From: Nitrososphaerota archaeon
Lineage (GTDB): Archaea; Thermoproteota; Nitrososphaeria; Nitrososphaerales; UBA57
Assembly (NCBI GenBank): GCA_013306035.1
Contig: JABUBF010000001.1
Coordinates: forward strand, 12,220 to 44,219
DNA: 32,000 bases
Reading direction: 5' to 3'
A program made the position numbers and the translations under genes. Below, piece by piece: positions 1-8,485 of the stretch; positions within the stretch are counted from its first letter, which is position 1, and the number at the start of each line of letters is the position of its first letter. The notes beneath the pieces are model-generated. The model saw nothing but the letters and a program-made list of their open reading frames with translations. It had not been told where the DNA came from and searched no databases.

Positions 1-348
1 TGGAAATTAGCTGATGTAGCTATGGAAGTCTATGCATCGAAATTTATGTGTTATAACAATCTAACTGAATTAGAAAAATATTATGAAGTTATCGAGTCTA
101 AAGAAAAAGTTCCTCGGCAATTACGCGATCGCGTATCTCGTGGTTCTGCAATATCTAAGGCATATGTTTCTGAAGTTGCATCTCGTGCGATTACCACTGC
201 TATAGAAATACAGGGATTAGCTGGTATTGTTGATGGTTCTGAAATTGAACGCGGTTTTAGGGATTCATTTATTGCTGAGATTTACGAAGGAACAAATGAC
301 ATTCAACGTATGATTATTGCTAAGGAGTTACTAGGATTAGGTCTTTGA
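1..348 (+). CDS. acyl-CoA dehydrogenase, C-terminal fragment (5' end lies upstream of window)
   Basis: Frame 1 is open from base 1 (WKLADVAMEV...). The C-terminal sequence RDSFIAEIYEGTNDIQRMIIAKELLG matches the conserved ACAD C-terminal helical domain. Confidence 0.8.
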   Translation, partial: WKLADVAMEVYASKFMCYNNLTELEKYYEVIESKEKVPRQLRDRVSRGSAISKAYVSEVASRAITTAIEIQGLAGIVDGSEIERGFRDSFIAEIYEGTNDIQRMIIAKELLGLGL

Positions 349-349
349 T

Positions 350-655
350 ATGGTATCTGAATTTAATCTTCTCTGGGAATTTGTTGATTTTCTACCCGCA
401 GGTTTTATCTTTGGCTTCTTTGATAATTTCATTCTACTCATTGGTGCTTATACCGGCATAAATATCGAAAAATACATTGATAATAAAGCAAGCGGTGTGC
501 TTGGCGGGGTTGTTGGAGCTGGTTTAGCTAATTCTATCTCTGATGGTATTGGCGCACTTATCGATCCAAATATGAATAAAATGTTTGTTGGGATAGTTCT
601 AGGAACTATTCTTCCTTTATTCTTAATTCCAATCATTGAAAAATTACGAAAATAA
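350..655 (+). CDS. small integral membrane protein, paralog A (unknown family)
   Basis: 101-aa ORF whose ATG lies 1 nt after the ACAD stop. It has hydrophobic N- and C-terminal segments. It shares LPxGFIFGFFDNF..L.GAY and GG.VGAGLA...S.G.GA..DP.M....GI.LGT..P.F.IPIIEK with the next ORF. Confidence 0.7.
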   Translation: MVSEFNLLWEFVDFLPAGFIFGFFDNFILLIGAYTGINIEKYIDNKASGVLGGVVGAGLANSISDGIGALIDPNMNKMFVGIVLGTILPLFLIPIIEKLRK

Positions 656-695
656 TTTTTTCACTTAACACTGTTAATTAACAACAATAATATAT

Positions 696-1055
696 TTGAA
701 ATACGTAACTGTAAATATGTTACTTCCTGACGGTTTTATCTTTGGCTTCTTTGACAATTTCCTTCTAATCCTTGGGGCTTATTTCGGCATTACAGTAGAG
801 TACCGTCTTCATCGTCTAACTCATGACCATAAACGTGCTAGAAAACTTCGAAATTTTCTTAAAAAAAATTCTAAAGGAGCAATTGGTGGACTTGTAGGAG
901 CTGGCCTAGCTCATGTTGTCTCTAATGGATTTGGTGCATTTCTTGATCCTACTATGAGGAATATGGTTCTTGGAATAGCACTTGGAACTCTAATACCTGT
1001 ATTCTTCATTCCAATCATTGAAAAATATAAATCACAAAGAATTTCTGATGTTTAA
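696..1055 (+). CDS. small integral membrane protein, paralog B (unknown family)
   Basis: 119-aa ORF paralogous to 350-655 with the same motifs. It carries an extra basic insert (HRLTHDHKRARKLRNFLKKNSK) between the two hydrophobic halves. Start is TTG 696 or in-frame ATG 717. Confidence 0.7.
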   Translation: MKYVTVNMLLPDGFIFGFFDNFLLILGAYFGITVEYRLHRLTHDHKRARKLRNFLKKNSKGAIGGLVGAGLAHVVSNGFGAFLDPTMRNMVLGIALGTLIPVFFIPIIEKYKSQRISDV

Positions 1056-1087
1056 ATTAATATACAGATCTTGTTATAATATTTATA

Positions 1088-1498
1088 ATGAATATTCTAC
1101 AACAGAATATTGAATTCAATAAATTTCTCTTCGATTTTATTAATCAACTTAATCTTGAATATATGAATGGAGCAATTATACTTGTTGAAGGGAAAAAAGA
1201 TACTAATGCATTAGTTTCTCTTGGTTTTATAGGAAAAACAATCGAGTATTGTAACAACAATAATCTGTCAAAAATCGAACTAAAAACACAAGTATACGAT
1301 AAAATCATTATTTTATTTGATTATGATGCCGAAGGTAGAAAACTTACACGTAAAGTTCTTCTCAGGCTAAATAAAACATCTATTATTGAATTAAAATATA
1401 GGCGTAATCTCTCCTTTATGTCGAATAATAGTATCAAAAGAATTGAAGAACTTTCTAATTTTAATCCTTATATCGTTTTAACAGAAAATTTTATATAA
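1088..1498 (+). CDS. Toprim-domain protein (small archaeal UPF0292-like)
   Basis: Toprim signature: ILVEGKKDTNAL (conserved Glu) and IIILFDYDAEGRKL (DxD-type acidic motif). The size, about 135 aa, is typical of stand-alone archaeal Toprim proteins. Confidence 0.6.
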   Translation: MNILQQNIEFNKFLFDFINQLNLEYMNGAIILVEGKKDTNALVSLGFIGKTIEYCNNNNLSKIELKTQVYDKIIILFDYDAEGRKLTRKVLLRLNKTSIIELKYRRNLSFMSNNSIKRIEELSNFNPYIVLTENFI

Positions 1499-1538
1499 TT
1501 ATTTACTGAATAATACACAATCTTTTGGTGTTTGTGTA

Positions 1539-1886
1539 GTGAAATTTTGTCCTGAATGTAGTTCGAAGATGAGGCCGAAGAAAATAATAGATGAATCTAG
1601 TTCAAAAACTCGCCCAAAATCTGTTATTGTCTGTTCTTCATGTGGATATCAAGAAAAGTCAAAACTTGTTACGGTTAAAGAAACAACACTTGAAGATTCT
1701 AAAAGCATCAAAGTCGTTGACAGTAAAACACGAAAGCTCCAATCTATGCCCACTACAAAAGCAGTTTGTTCCAAATGTGGTCATACTTCTGCATATTTCT
1801 GGGAAAAACAAACAAGTAGCCTTGAAGAAGCCTCTACTCAATTCTTCAGATGCGCAAAATGCGAACATACTTGGCGCACAAGTTAA
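1539..1886 (+). CDS. tfs: transcription factor S (TFIIS/RpoM-type transcript cleavage factor)
   Basis: GTG start. N-terminal zinc ribbon CPEC...CSSC and C-terminal TFIIS-type ribbon CSKCGH..AYFWEKQTSSLEEASTQFFRCAKCEHTWR. Confidence 0.8.
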   Translation: MKFCPECSSKMRPKKIIDESSSKTRPKSVIVCSSCGYQEKSKLVTVKETTLEDSKSIKVVDSKTRKLQSMPTTKAVCSKCGHTSAYFWEKQTSSLEEASTQFFRCAKCEHTWRTS

Positions 1887-1999
1887 TTCCGGACTATACA
1901 AATTCTAGTTAACAACAAAGTTAACAAATACTAATTAAATATTGAATTTTGACTCAAGCTTTAAATAAATTTAAACAGCCATATTTTGTGTATTCTAAT

Positions 2000-2362
2000 A
2001 TGGTTTCATATGAGTTTGGAATTATTCTGGCAATGGGTCTAGCAGGAGTGGTATTTTCACTTCCTACCTTGATTATTCCTTATTTATTTGCTCCCAAAAA
2101 ACGTAATCCTATCAAATTACAGACATTTGAATCAGGACAACCCCCTACGGGAGAATCTCGTATCCATTTGATTATGCAGTATTATTCTTATTTGATTATG
2201 TTTGTTATATTTGACGTTACTTTAATGTTCTTATTTGCATGGGGACTATCATTTACAAACTTGGGTATTCAAAGCCTTGTTAGTCTGTTACCATTTCTTG
2301 CCGTCATACTTTGTCCAATGATTTATGCTTTACATTTAGCAGGAAGACGAAAAAATTGGTAA
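2000..2362 (+). CDS. nuoA: NADH-quinone oxidoreductase subunit A
   Basis: Three-TM small subunit with FESGQPP...(Y)YSYLIMFVIFDV motifs, first gene of the nuo cluster. ATG 2000 gives a typical 120 aa; the ORF track start is TTG 1949. Confidence 0.8.
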   Translation: MVSYEFGIILAMGLAGVVFSLPTLIIPYLFAPKKRNPIKLQTFESGQPPTGESRIHLIMQYYSYLIMFVIFDVTLMFLFAWGLSFTNLGIQSLVSLLPFLAVILCPMIYALHLAGRRKNW

Positions 2363-2868
2363 ACGATCCAACTCTAAATCTACTTGTTGGTAAAATAAGT
2401 GACATACTTGATACCACTATAGAAAAAAATGTACGGGAACCTATTAGATTTCTTGTTAATTGGGGTAGATTATACTCTTTATGGCCTGTTCATTTGGAAA
2501 CAGCTTGCTGCAGTATTGAATTTGGTGCAGCGTCAGGACCAAGACACGATATTGAACGATTTGGAATGTTAGAAGCCTTCGGTTCACTAAGACAATGTGA
2601 TGTCTTAGTTGTTCAAGGCACAGTAACTCGAAAAATGGCACCTAGGATGAAATGGGTTTATGAACAAATGCCAGAACCTAAATGGGTAATTGCAATGGGA
2701 GCATGTGCAATTTCTGGTGGTTTGTACATGGACTCGTACAACGTCCTCCAAGGAGTTGATAAAATTGTACCTGTGGATGTTTACATTCCAGGTTGTCCTC
2801 CTAGACCAGAAACACTTATTCAAGGAATCATTGAACTACAAAACAAAATAAGGAAATCCAAGGTGTAA
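2356..2868 (+). CDS. nuoB: NADH-quinone oxidoreductase subunit B (N2 Fe-S subunit)
   Basis: SLWP..LETACCSIEF, GACAISGG and PGCPPRPE cysteine motifs. TTG 2356 overlaps the nuoA stop (TTGGTAA). The alternative upstream TTG 2311 would overlap nuoA by 52 nt. Confidence 0.85.
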   Translation: MVNDPTLNLLVGKISDILDTTIEKNVREPIRFLVNWGRLYSLWPVHLETACCSIEFGAASGPRHDIERFGMLEAFGSLRQCDVLVVQGTVTRKMAPRMKWVYEQMPEPKWVIAMGACAISGGLYMDSYNVLQGVDKIVPVDVYIPGCPPRPETLIQGIIELQNKIRKSKV

Positions 2869-2880
2869 TATACATACTCA

Positions 2881-3360
2881 ATGTCTGCTAAATTCGCTAC
2901 TGAAAATCAGCTTGCAAAAAGCTTAAAAGATCAATTTAAAAATAAAATTAAAGAAGAATACGTTGAATCTAACAGAATAAAAATTTCTACTAGTCCAGAG
3001 AATCTAAAAAACCTAGCAATTGCAGTCAAGGAATTAGGTTTCGAACAAGTAATGTCTCAAGGTGGAACTGACTATCCAGAAAACAACGTCTATCGTATAG
3101 AATATCACATTATCTGCGTATCCAAAAAAAAACTTCGGAGTATTATTTTCTCTATAATGACTGAGATTCCAAAGGATAAACCTGAAATCGAAACTTTAAT
3201 TGATGTATTCCCTAGTGCAGAATTTCATGAACAAGAAACTTTCGAAAATTTCGGAATAACATTTATTGGCCATCCTAGAATGGAGAGATTACTTCTTCCG
3301 GAAGATTGGAATGATATACCTCCATTAAGGAAAGACTATATTCTACCTGGAAGAGGATGA
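2881..3360 (+). CDS. nuoC: NADH-quinone oxidoreductase subunit C (30 kDa)
   Basis: Position between nuoB and nuoD. Motifs FPSAEFHEQETFENFGI.F.GHP and LLLPEDW are typical of NuoC. Confidence 0.85.
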   Translation: MSAKFATENQLAKSLKDQFKNKIKEEYVESNRIKISTSPENLKNLAIAVKELGFEQVMSQGGTDYPENNVYRIEYHIICVSKKKLRSIIFSIMTEIPKDKPEIETLIDVFPSAEFHEQETFENFGITFIGHPRMERLLLPEDWNDIPPLRKDYILPGRG

Positions 3361-3361
3361 T

Positions 3362-4483
3362 ATGCAAAACGCAGGAATGAATATTGAAGATAAAGGCGGA
3401 GATAAATTAGTTCTCCATGTTGGACCGCAACATCCAGGTTCTGGACACTTTCGTCTAATTATTACTGTTGATGGAGATTACATAGTAGGAGCTAAACCAG
3501 ATCCAGGGTATGTGCATAGGGGAGCAGAAAAAATGGCAGAATATCGAGATTACATTCAAAATATTCCACATCTTGAACGACCCGTTATAATAGATGCAAC
3601 AGGAGTAACTCTCCCATACGTTCTTGCTGCTGAAAAAATCATCGACGTAGAAGCTCCTGAACGTGCTCAGTATATTCGCATGATAATGGCTGAATTAAAC
3701 CGTGTTATCTCTCATCTGTATTGGCTTGGAATATATGGCATATTCCTTGGACACTCTACTATGTTTATGTGGCCTATGGGAGACAGGGAACTGTTTATTG
3801 ACCTTGCAGAATCTATTGGCGGAACCCGTGTAACTTTCTCATATGTTGTTCCTGGCGGAGTAAGAAACGACATGCCTACTCATTTTAAAGAAAGAGCATT
3901 AAAGACATTTGATTATTTCGAAAAACGTATCGAAGAATACAAAAAAATATTCTTCAATAATCCCATCATGACAGCAAGAACTGAATCTATTGGAATAATG
4001 AGTCAAGCAGATGCAATTAAACTCGGCATAACCGGTTCAAATCTTCGTGCTGCCGGAATAGATTCCGATACTCGCAAGGATGAACCATATTGTCTATATG
4101 ATAGAGTTGATTTTGAAATACCAACACGTAAAGAAGGAGATTCATATGCAAGATGTATTGTCCGATTAGAAGAACTCCAACAAAGTATGAACATTATAAA
4201 ACAAGTCCTTGATCTTATCGAACCCGGTCCAATCAAACAAGTCATTGGCGGAGTTATGCGTGGTGAACCAGGTGAGGCATTTGTCCGTACAGAAGCTGCA
4301 AGAGGAACAATGTTTTATCATATTGTTAGTAATGGAGAAAAATACCCATACAGAGTAAAAATCAGCGTCCCTTCATTTCGAAATCTGATTGGTATGACTC
4401 ATTTATTGGTTGGCTCAAAATTGGCAGACATGCCTGCTATTTATTGGAGTCTTGATTACTGGCCAGTAGAAGCAGATAGGTGA
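3362..4483 (+). CDS. nuoD: NADH-quinone oxidoreductase subunit D (49 kDa)
   Basis: LHVGPQHPGSGHFRL, HRGAEK and the C-terminal SLDYWPVEADR are typical of NuoD/NiFe-hydrogenase large-subunit-like proteins. The ATG lies 1 nt after the nuoC stop. Confidence 0.9.
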   Translation: MQNAGMNIEDKGGDKLVLHVGPQHPGSGHFRLIITVDGDYIVGAKPDPGYVHRGAEKMAEYRDYIQNIPHLERPVIIDATGVTLPYVLAAEKIIDVEAPERAQYIRMIMAELNRVISHLYWLGIYGIFLGHSTMFMWPMGDRELFIDLAESIGGTRVTFSYVVPGGVRNDMPTHFKERALKTFDYFEKRIEEYKKIFFNNPIMTARTESIGIMSQADAIKLGITGSNLRAAGIDSDTRKDEPYCLYDRVDFEIPTRKEGDSYARCIVRLEELQQSMNIIKQVLDLIEPGPIKQVIGGVMRGEPGEAFVRTEAARGTMFYHIVSNGEKYPYRVKISVPSFRNLIGMTHLLVGSKLADMPAIYWSLDYWPVEADR

Positions 4484-4488
4484 AATAG

Positions 4489-5649
4489 TTGGAGACATTT
4501 GAAGAGTTTGTTAAACGAATACTTACAATATTATTCTGGCTCATCATTGTCTTACCTATCATAATCTTTCCTATATTATTCCTTGTTGTTGGCTTATTAG
4601 GTATTGATGTAATTATAGTCAATGAAATCCTGACTGCTGCAATAGATCCTCTAAAAGCTATCAAACTAGCTGAAAGATATGGATTAGGATTTTCTTCTAC
4701 ATTCTTTAAAATAGCTGTTTTTCCTGGATTTACATTTGCGGCTCTTATTGCAACATTTACAATTCTTTACGAGCGTAAATTACTGGCTAAAGTACAACTT
4801 CGTGTTGGCCCATTGTACGCTGGACGATTTGAAGGAATTTTGCAACCTATCGCCGACTTGTTCAAATTACTTGGCAAAGAACTAGTTGTTCCTGAAAAAG
4901 CAGATAAAATGTTTTTCTGGGCTGCTCCAATTCTTAGTATAGGACTTGCAGCATCACTACTTTCAGTAATTCCTTTATCCCCAACAATCTACATTGCACG
5001 TTCTGAGTTTAGTTTACTGATCCCTTTTGCTATTCTCGGATTCAGTCCTCTGGTTGTTCTGATTGCGGCATGGGCTAGCAGTAATAAGTTTGCATTTATT
5101 GGCGGGTTAAGAGCACTGCATCAACTTGCAGCTTATGAAATTCCTATGCTTCTCTCAATCTTAGGAATTGTAATTCTTACTGGCTCTTTCGATTTAATGA
5201 AAATTGTAGAGGCACAAAAAGATATATGGTTTATATTTCCACAATTTCTTGCAGCTATTATATTTTATATTACCATTCTCTCTGAATTAGAAAGAATTCC
5301 TTTTGACTTGCCCGAAGCTGAGACTGAAATAGTTTCTGGATGGTTGACTGAATACACTGGAATGCACTTTGGCTTATTGCAACTTGGCGTATACATGAAG
5401 TTCTATGCGCTTGCCTTACTCTTTACACTACTATTCTTAGGAGGATGGAATGGCCCTGCTTTTCTCCCTCCAATAGTCTGGTTACTAGGCAAATTGTTTT
5501 TCGTAATTACTATAATAATATTTCCGCGCGCGGTTCTTCCTCGTTTACGTATGGATCAATTAATTCGAATTGGATGGGCTTGGCTAATCGCATTATCATT
5601 TATTAATATCTTTATTGCAGTAATTGAATCATCACTTGGTATAATCTAA
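4489..5649 (+). CDS. nuoH: NADH-quinone oxidoreductase subunit H, with N-terminal extension
   Basis: YERKLLAKVQLRVGP, ADL.KL..KE and LSELERIPFDLPEAETEIVSG motifs. There is no in-frame ATG before the conserved core, so TTG 4489 is the only plausible start. That gives about 60 extra N-terminal residues, including a hydrophobic helix. Confidence 0.85.
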   Translation: METFEEFVKRILTILFWLIIVLPIIIFPILFLVVGLLGIDVIIVNEILTAAIDPLKAIKLAERYGLGFSSTFFKIAVFPGFTFAALIATFTILYERKLLAKVQLRVGPLYAGRFEGILQPIADLFKLLGKELVVPEKADKMFFWAAPILSIGLAASLLSVIPLSPTIYIARSEFSLLIPFAILGFSPLVVLIAAWASSNKFAFIGGLRALHQLAAYEIPMLLSILGIVILTGSFDLMKIVEAQKDIWFIFPQFLAAIIFYITILSELERIPFDLPEAETEIVSGWLTEYTGMHFGLLQLGVYMKFYALALLFTLLFLGGWNGPAFLPPIVWLLGKLFFVITIIIFPRAVLPRLRMDQLIRIGWAWLIALSFINIFIAVIESSLGII

Positions 5650-6149
5650 TGAACTACAAACTTATTTCCGGAATCTTAGGGGCATTCGCTGTAGGATTTA
5701 GAAACATATTCAAACGACGTATGACTCTGAGATATCCTGAACAGCGCTTAGATATCGAATCAGGTTATACATTTGATGCAAAATCTAATACTGGCAGCGC
5801 TGGATTCAAAGGAAGACACATCCTATATACTGACAAATGTACTGGCTGTTCTCTTTGCGCCATCGCTTGTGAAAATATCGCTGATTGTATTGATATGGTA
5901 CAAGTTGAGGGTAATTGGCCTATAAATCCCAAAGATATTATGCCACAAATAGACTATGGCAGATGCGTTTTCTGTGGATTCTGTGTTGACGCATGTCCTT
6001 TTGATTGCTTGTTTATGACTCCTGAATATGAACTATCTGTGACAGATAAAAGAAAATTAGTTCATACTCCATTCCAACTCGCTGTATTTCCTGAAAAGAA
6101 AGGAAATGTAAAATTAATTACTGACGATGGAGTAGCTTATCATGACTGA
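5649..6149 (+). CDS. nuoI: NADH-quinone oxidoreductase subunit I (2x[4Fe-4S])
   Basis: Two ferredoxin motifs, CTGCSLCAIACE and CVFCGFCVDACP. The ATG overlaps the nuoH stop (TAATG). Confidence 0.9.
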   Translation: MNYKLISGILGAFAVGFRNIFKRRMTLRYPEQRLDIESGYTFDAKSNTGSAGFKGRHILYTDKCTGCSLCAIACENIADCIDMVQVEGNWPINPKDIMPQIDYGRCVFCGFCVDACPFDCLFMTPEYELSVTDKRKLVHTPFQLAVFPEKKGNVKLITDDGVAYHD

Positions 6150-6633
6150 TGTTGTTTTTCTTGTTGTATCATTGCTTACTGTTTTCTTCGCTATCTTAGC
6201 TCTTGAATCTCGTGAATTAGTTTATGGTGCCGTAGCTTTATCACTTTCTTTTTTAGGTGTAGCAGGACTCTTCATTCTTCTTGATTCTCTTTACATTGCT
6301 ATATTCCAAGTTCTAGTTTATATCGGTTCAATTGCAATTCTAATAGTTTTCGTTATCATGCTTGTCCGCAGAGACAAATGGGCAAATGTAACCAGCGGCA
6401 ACGAAAGAATTCTTGGCATCATTGCAGCAGTTTTATTATTCTCTACAATGACTTATTTCTCTCTCTCATCTAGCTTAACTAGTCAATATCCTAATCCAGC
6501 GGCAATCTCTGACTTTTATGAAATTGGTTCACAATTAATCAACGACTATTGGCTAATCCTCCAGTTGACTGGCTTAGCTCTAGCTGTTTCTATTGTCGGC
6601 GCACTTACCATGGCAAAATTTGAAAATCGGTGA
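6142..6633 (+). CDS. nuoJ: NADH-quinone oxidoreductase subunit J
   Basis: Hydrophobic 163-aa protein with FQVLVYIGSIAILIVFVIML typical of NuoJ. It overlaps nuoI by 8 nt. Confidence 0.85.
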   Translation: MTDVVFLVVSLLTVFFAILALESRELVYGAVALSLSFLGVAGLFILLDSLYIAIFQVLVYIGSIAILIVFVIMLVRRDKWANVTSGNERILGIIAAVLLFSTMTYFSLSSSLTSQYPNPAAISDFYEIGSQLINDYWLILQLTGLALAVSIVGALTMAKFENR

Positions 6634-6947
6634 ACCTGTTGGTACCTCTTATCCATTACTTTATTTTATCATCAGCATTATTGTGTGTAGGTATCTATGG
6701 TTTAATTGCAAAACGAAATGCAATACGTTTACTATTCTCAGTTGAAATTATTATTAATGCAGCTATTATCAACTTTGTAGCTTTTGCTCGATATCATGAC
6801 ACCCCATTGATCACTGGCCAAACCTTCTCATTGTTTGCTATTGCATTGGCTGCCACTGAAGCAGCAGTTGGCCTAGCTATTATTGTTCAGGCTTTTAGGC
6901 TCAATAACGACATTGATGTCCTAGAATTGAAGAAATTACGAGGTTGA
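6630..6947 (+). CDS. nuoK: NADH-quinone oxidoreductase subunit K
   Basis: 105 aa with three TM segments, SVEIIINA and ALAATEAAVGLAI motifs. The GTG start overlaps the nuoJ stop (GTGA). Confidence 0.85.
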   Translation: MNLLVPLIHYFILSSALLCVGIYGLIAKRNAIRLLFSVEIIINAAIINFVAFARYHDTPLITGQTFSLFAIALAATEAAVGLAIIVQAFRLNNDIDVLELKKLRG

Positions 6948-6955
6948 TCTAAGTT

Positions 6956-8485
6956 TTGTTATTACTCCAAGCTGTTTTCTTACCAATAATTCTTGCTCCA
7001 GTAGTTTATCTGGTTGGTTTGCGTATGGGCAAAAATGTCGGATGGCTTGCATTCCTGATTATGCTTTATAGTACTGGTCTAGTGCTATATTCTGGAATGT
7101 CCAATAATGGCTCATTATTCACTAATACAAGACTGGAAACCTATTCTTGGAATCCTATTGGGAATTTTGGACTTTATCTTGACGGCCTAAGCTTTCCATT
7201 TGCTGCAATCATACTTATTCTGTCAACCACTTTGGCAGTCTACTCTATGCCCTATATGGAACATAGAATAAAAGAAGAATTTCATGAAAATAAAAAGAAA
7301 TTCTCTGCAGATGCCTTAAACCGAAAGATGGCTTTATACTATAGTCTCTATGTCGTCTATGTTGCCGGTATGTTGGGTACGGTACTTGCAACTAATTTAA
7401 TTCAATTCTATATCTTCTTCGAACTAATGTTAATTCCATCATTCTTTTTAATCTCTGAATTCGGTTACGGTGAAAGAGCAAAAATCTCTATGATGTATTT
7501 CTTATGGACACATGTCGGTGCAGTTTCTTTACTTGCTGGAATATTAACTGTAGGATATTATGGCGGCAGCTTCAACTTTGTCGAAATAGCTGAGAGCGGA
7601 TTACCTAGTTCGATTAGAGTATGGGTTGCAATTGCCATTAGTTTCGGATTACTTATGAAACTAGCAGCTGTAGGTCTTCATGTTTGGTTGCCATATGCAC
7701 ATGCTGAATCCCCGACTCCAATTAGTGCATTACTTTCTCCTGCCATGATTGGTATTGGCGCTTATGCCTTTCTTAGAATATTTGTATTTATTCTTCCATC
7801 AATCTATCAAAGTATTGTTGTAGTTATTACTCTCTGGGGATTACTAACTATGATTTACGGCGGACTTATGGCTTATGCGCAAGACGATATCAAACGACTA
7901 CTTGCTTATTCAAGTGTCAGTCAAATGGGTTATATCATCTTTGGTATGGGATCTCTTTACTATCTTGGTGTAACTGGATCAGTTTTCCATTATGTAAGTC
8001 ATGGTACTGGAAAAGCTCTGCTGTTTATGGCAGCAGGTTCTATAATTATGCAAACAGGAGGTGTCAGAAGTATCCGAAAATTAGGAGGCCTTGGCAGTAA
8101 ACTTCCTATAACAGGTATTGCTGCAATGATTGGTTTTCTCGCTATCGTTGGAGTTCCACCTACCAATGGTTTTCAATCTGAATGGATGATATTTGCTGGT
8201 GCATTTGGCGGTGCTTTGGAAAGTGGTTCTACATCTAAGTTAATTATTGCTGCTCTGGCATTGGCTGTAACTCCTATCACTGCAGGCTATGCTTTACTTA
8301 CTATGCGTAAAGTCTTCTTTGGAAAACTTCCAAAAGAGTTTGAAAATATAAAAGATCCTTCTTTGTTAATGACCATTCCGTTACTATTTCTTTGTGCTTT
8401 AACTATTCTACTTGGTGTATTCCCTTCAGTTATTACTGATGGTCTTATTCCATTGCTTCAATCTGCTTTCGGTGGAATGAAATAG
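6956..8485 (+). CDS. nuoM: NADH-quinone oxidoreductase antiporter-like subunit, additional NuoM-type copy
   Basis: Mrp/NuoLMN fold motifs FFELMLIP, KLAAVGLHVWLPYAHAESPTP and HG.GKALLFMAAG. The TM12 motif is GFQSEW (Glu), as in NuoM rather than the Lys of NuoL/N. TTG start. Confidence 0.8.
   Translation: MLLLQAVFLPIILAPVVYLVGLRMGKNVGWLAFLIMLYSTGLVLYSGMSNNGSLFTNTRLETYSWNPIGNFGLYLDGLSFPFAAIILILSTTLAVYSMPYMEHRIKEEFHENKKKFSADALNRKMALYYSLYVVYVAGMLGTVLATNLIQFYIFFELMLIPSFFLISEFGYGERAKISMMYFLWTHVGAVSLLAGILTVGYYGGSFNFVEIAESGLPSSIRVWVAIAISFGLLMKLAAVGLHVWLPYAHAESPTPISALLSPAMIGIGAYAFLRIFVFILPSIYQSIVVVITLWGLLTMIYGGLMAYAQDDIKRLLAYSSVSQMGYIIFGMGSLYYLGVTGSVFHYVSHGTGKALLFMAAGSIIMQTGGVRSIRKLGGLGSKLPITGIAAMIGFLAIVGVPPTNGFQSEWMIFAGAFGGALESGSTSKLIIAALALAVTPITAGYALLTMRKVFFGKLPKEFENIKDPSLLMTIPLLFLCALTILLGVFPSVITDGLIPLLQSAFGGMK

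Noticed and set aside
448-636. 62-aa minus-strand ORF inside the small membrane protein gene. Similar antisense or shadow ORFs occur at 2456-2641, 2605-2823, 4003-4245, 4437-4664, 10027-10221, 11828-12025 and 12393-12584.
   Set aside because: Each lies entirely within a gene that has strong family motifs on the opposite strand. Their translations are low-complexity or atypical and show no motifs. They are typical shadow ORFs of AT-rich DNA.
1591-1908. 105-aa plus-strand ORF and 80-aa minus-strand ORF (1659-1901) overlapping the tfs gene.
   Set aside because: The frame at 1539-1886 contains both zinc ribbons of TFS. The alternative frames have no motifs and are explained by overlap.
1908-1927. 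Direct repeat GTTAACAA-N4-GTTAACAA upstream of nuoA, and a similar TTAACAACAA at about 676-685 upstream of the second small membrane gene.
   Set aside because: These are short AT-rich words in AT-rich intergenic DNA. Chance recurrence is likely and I cannot establish significance without genome-wide counts.
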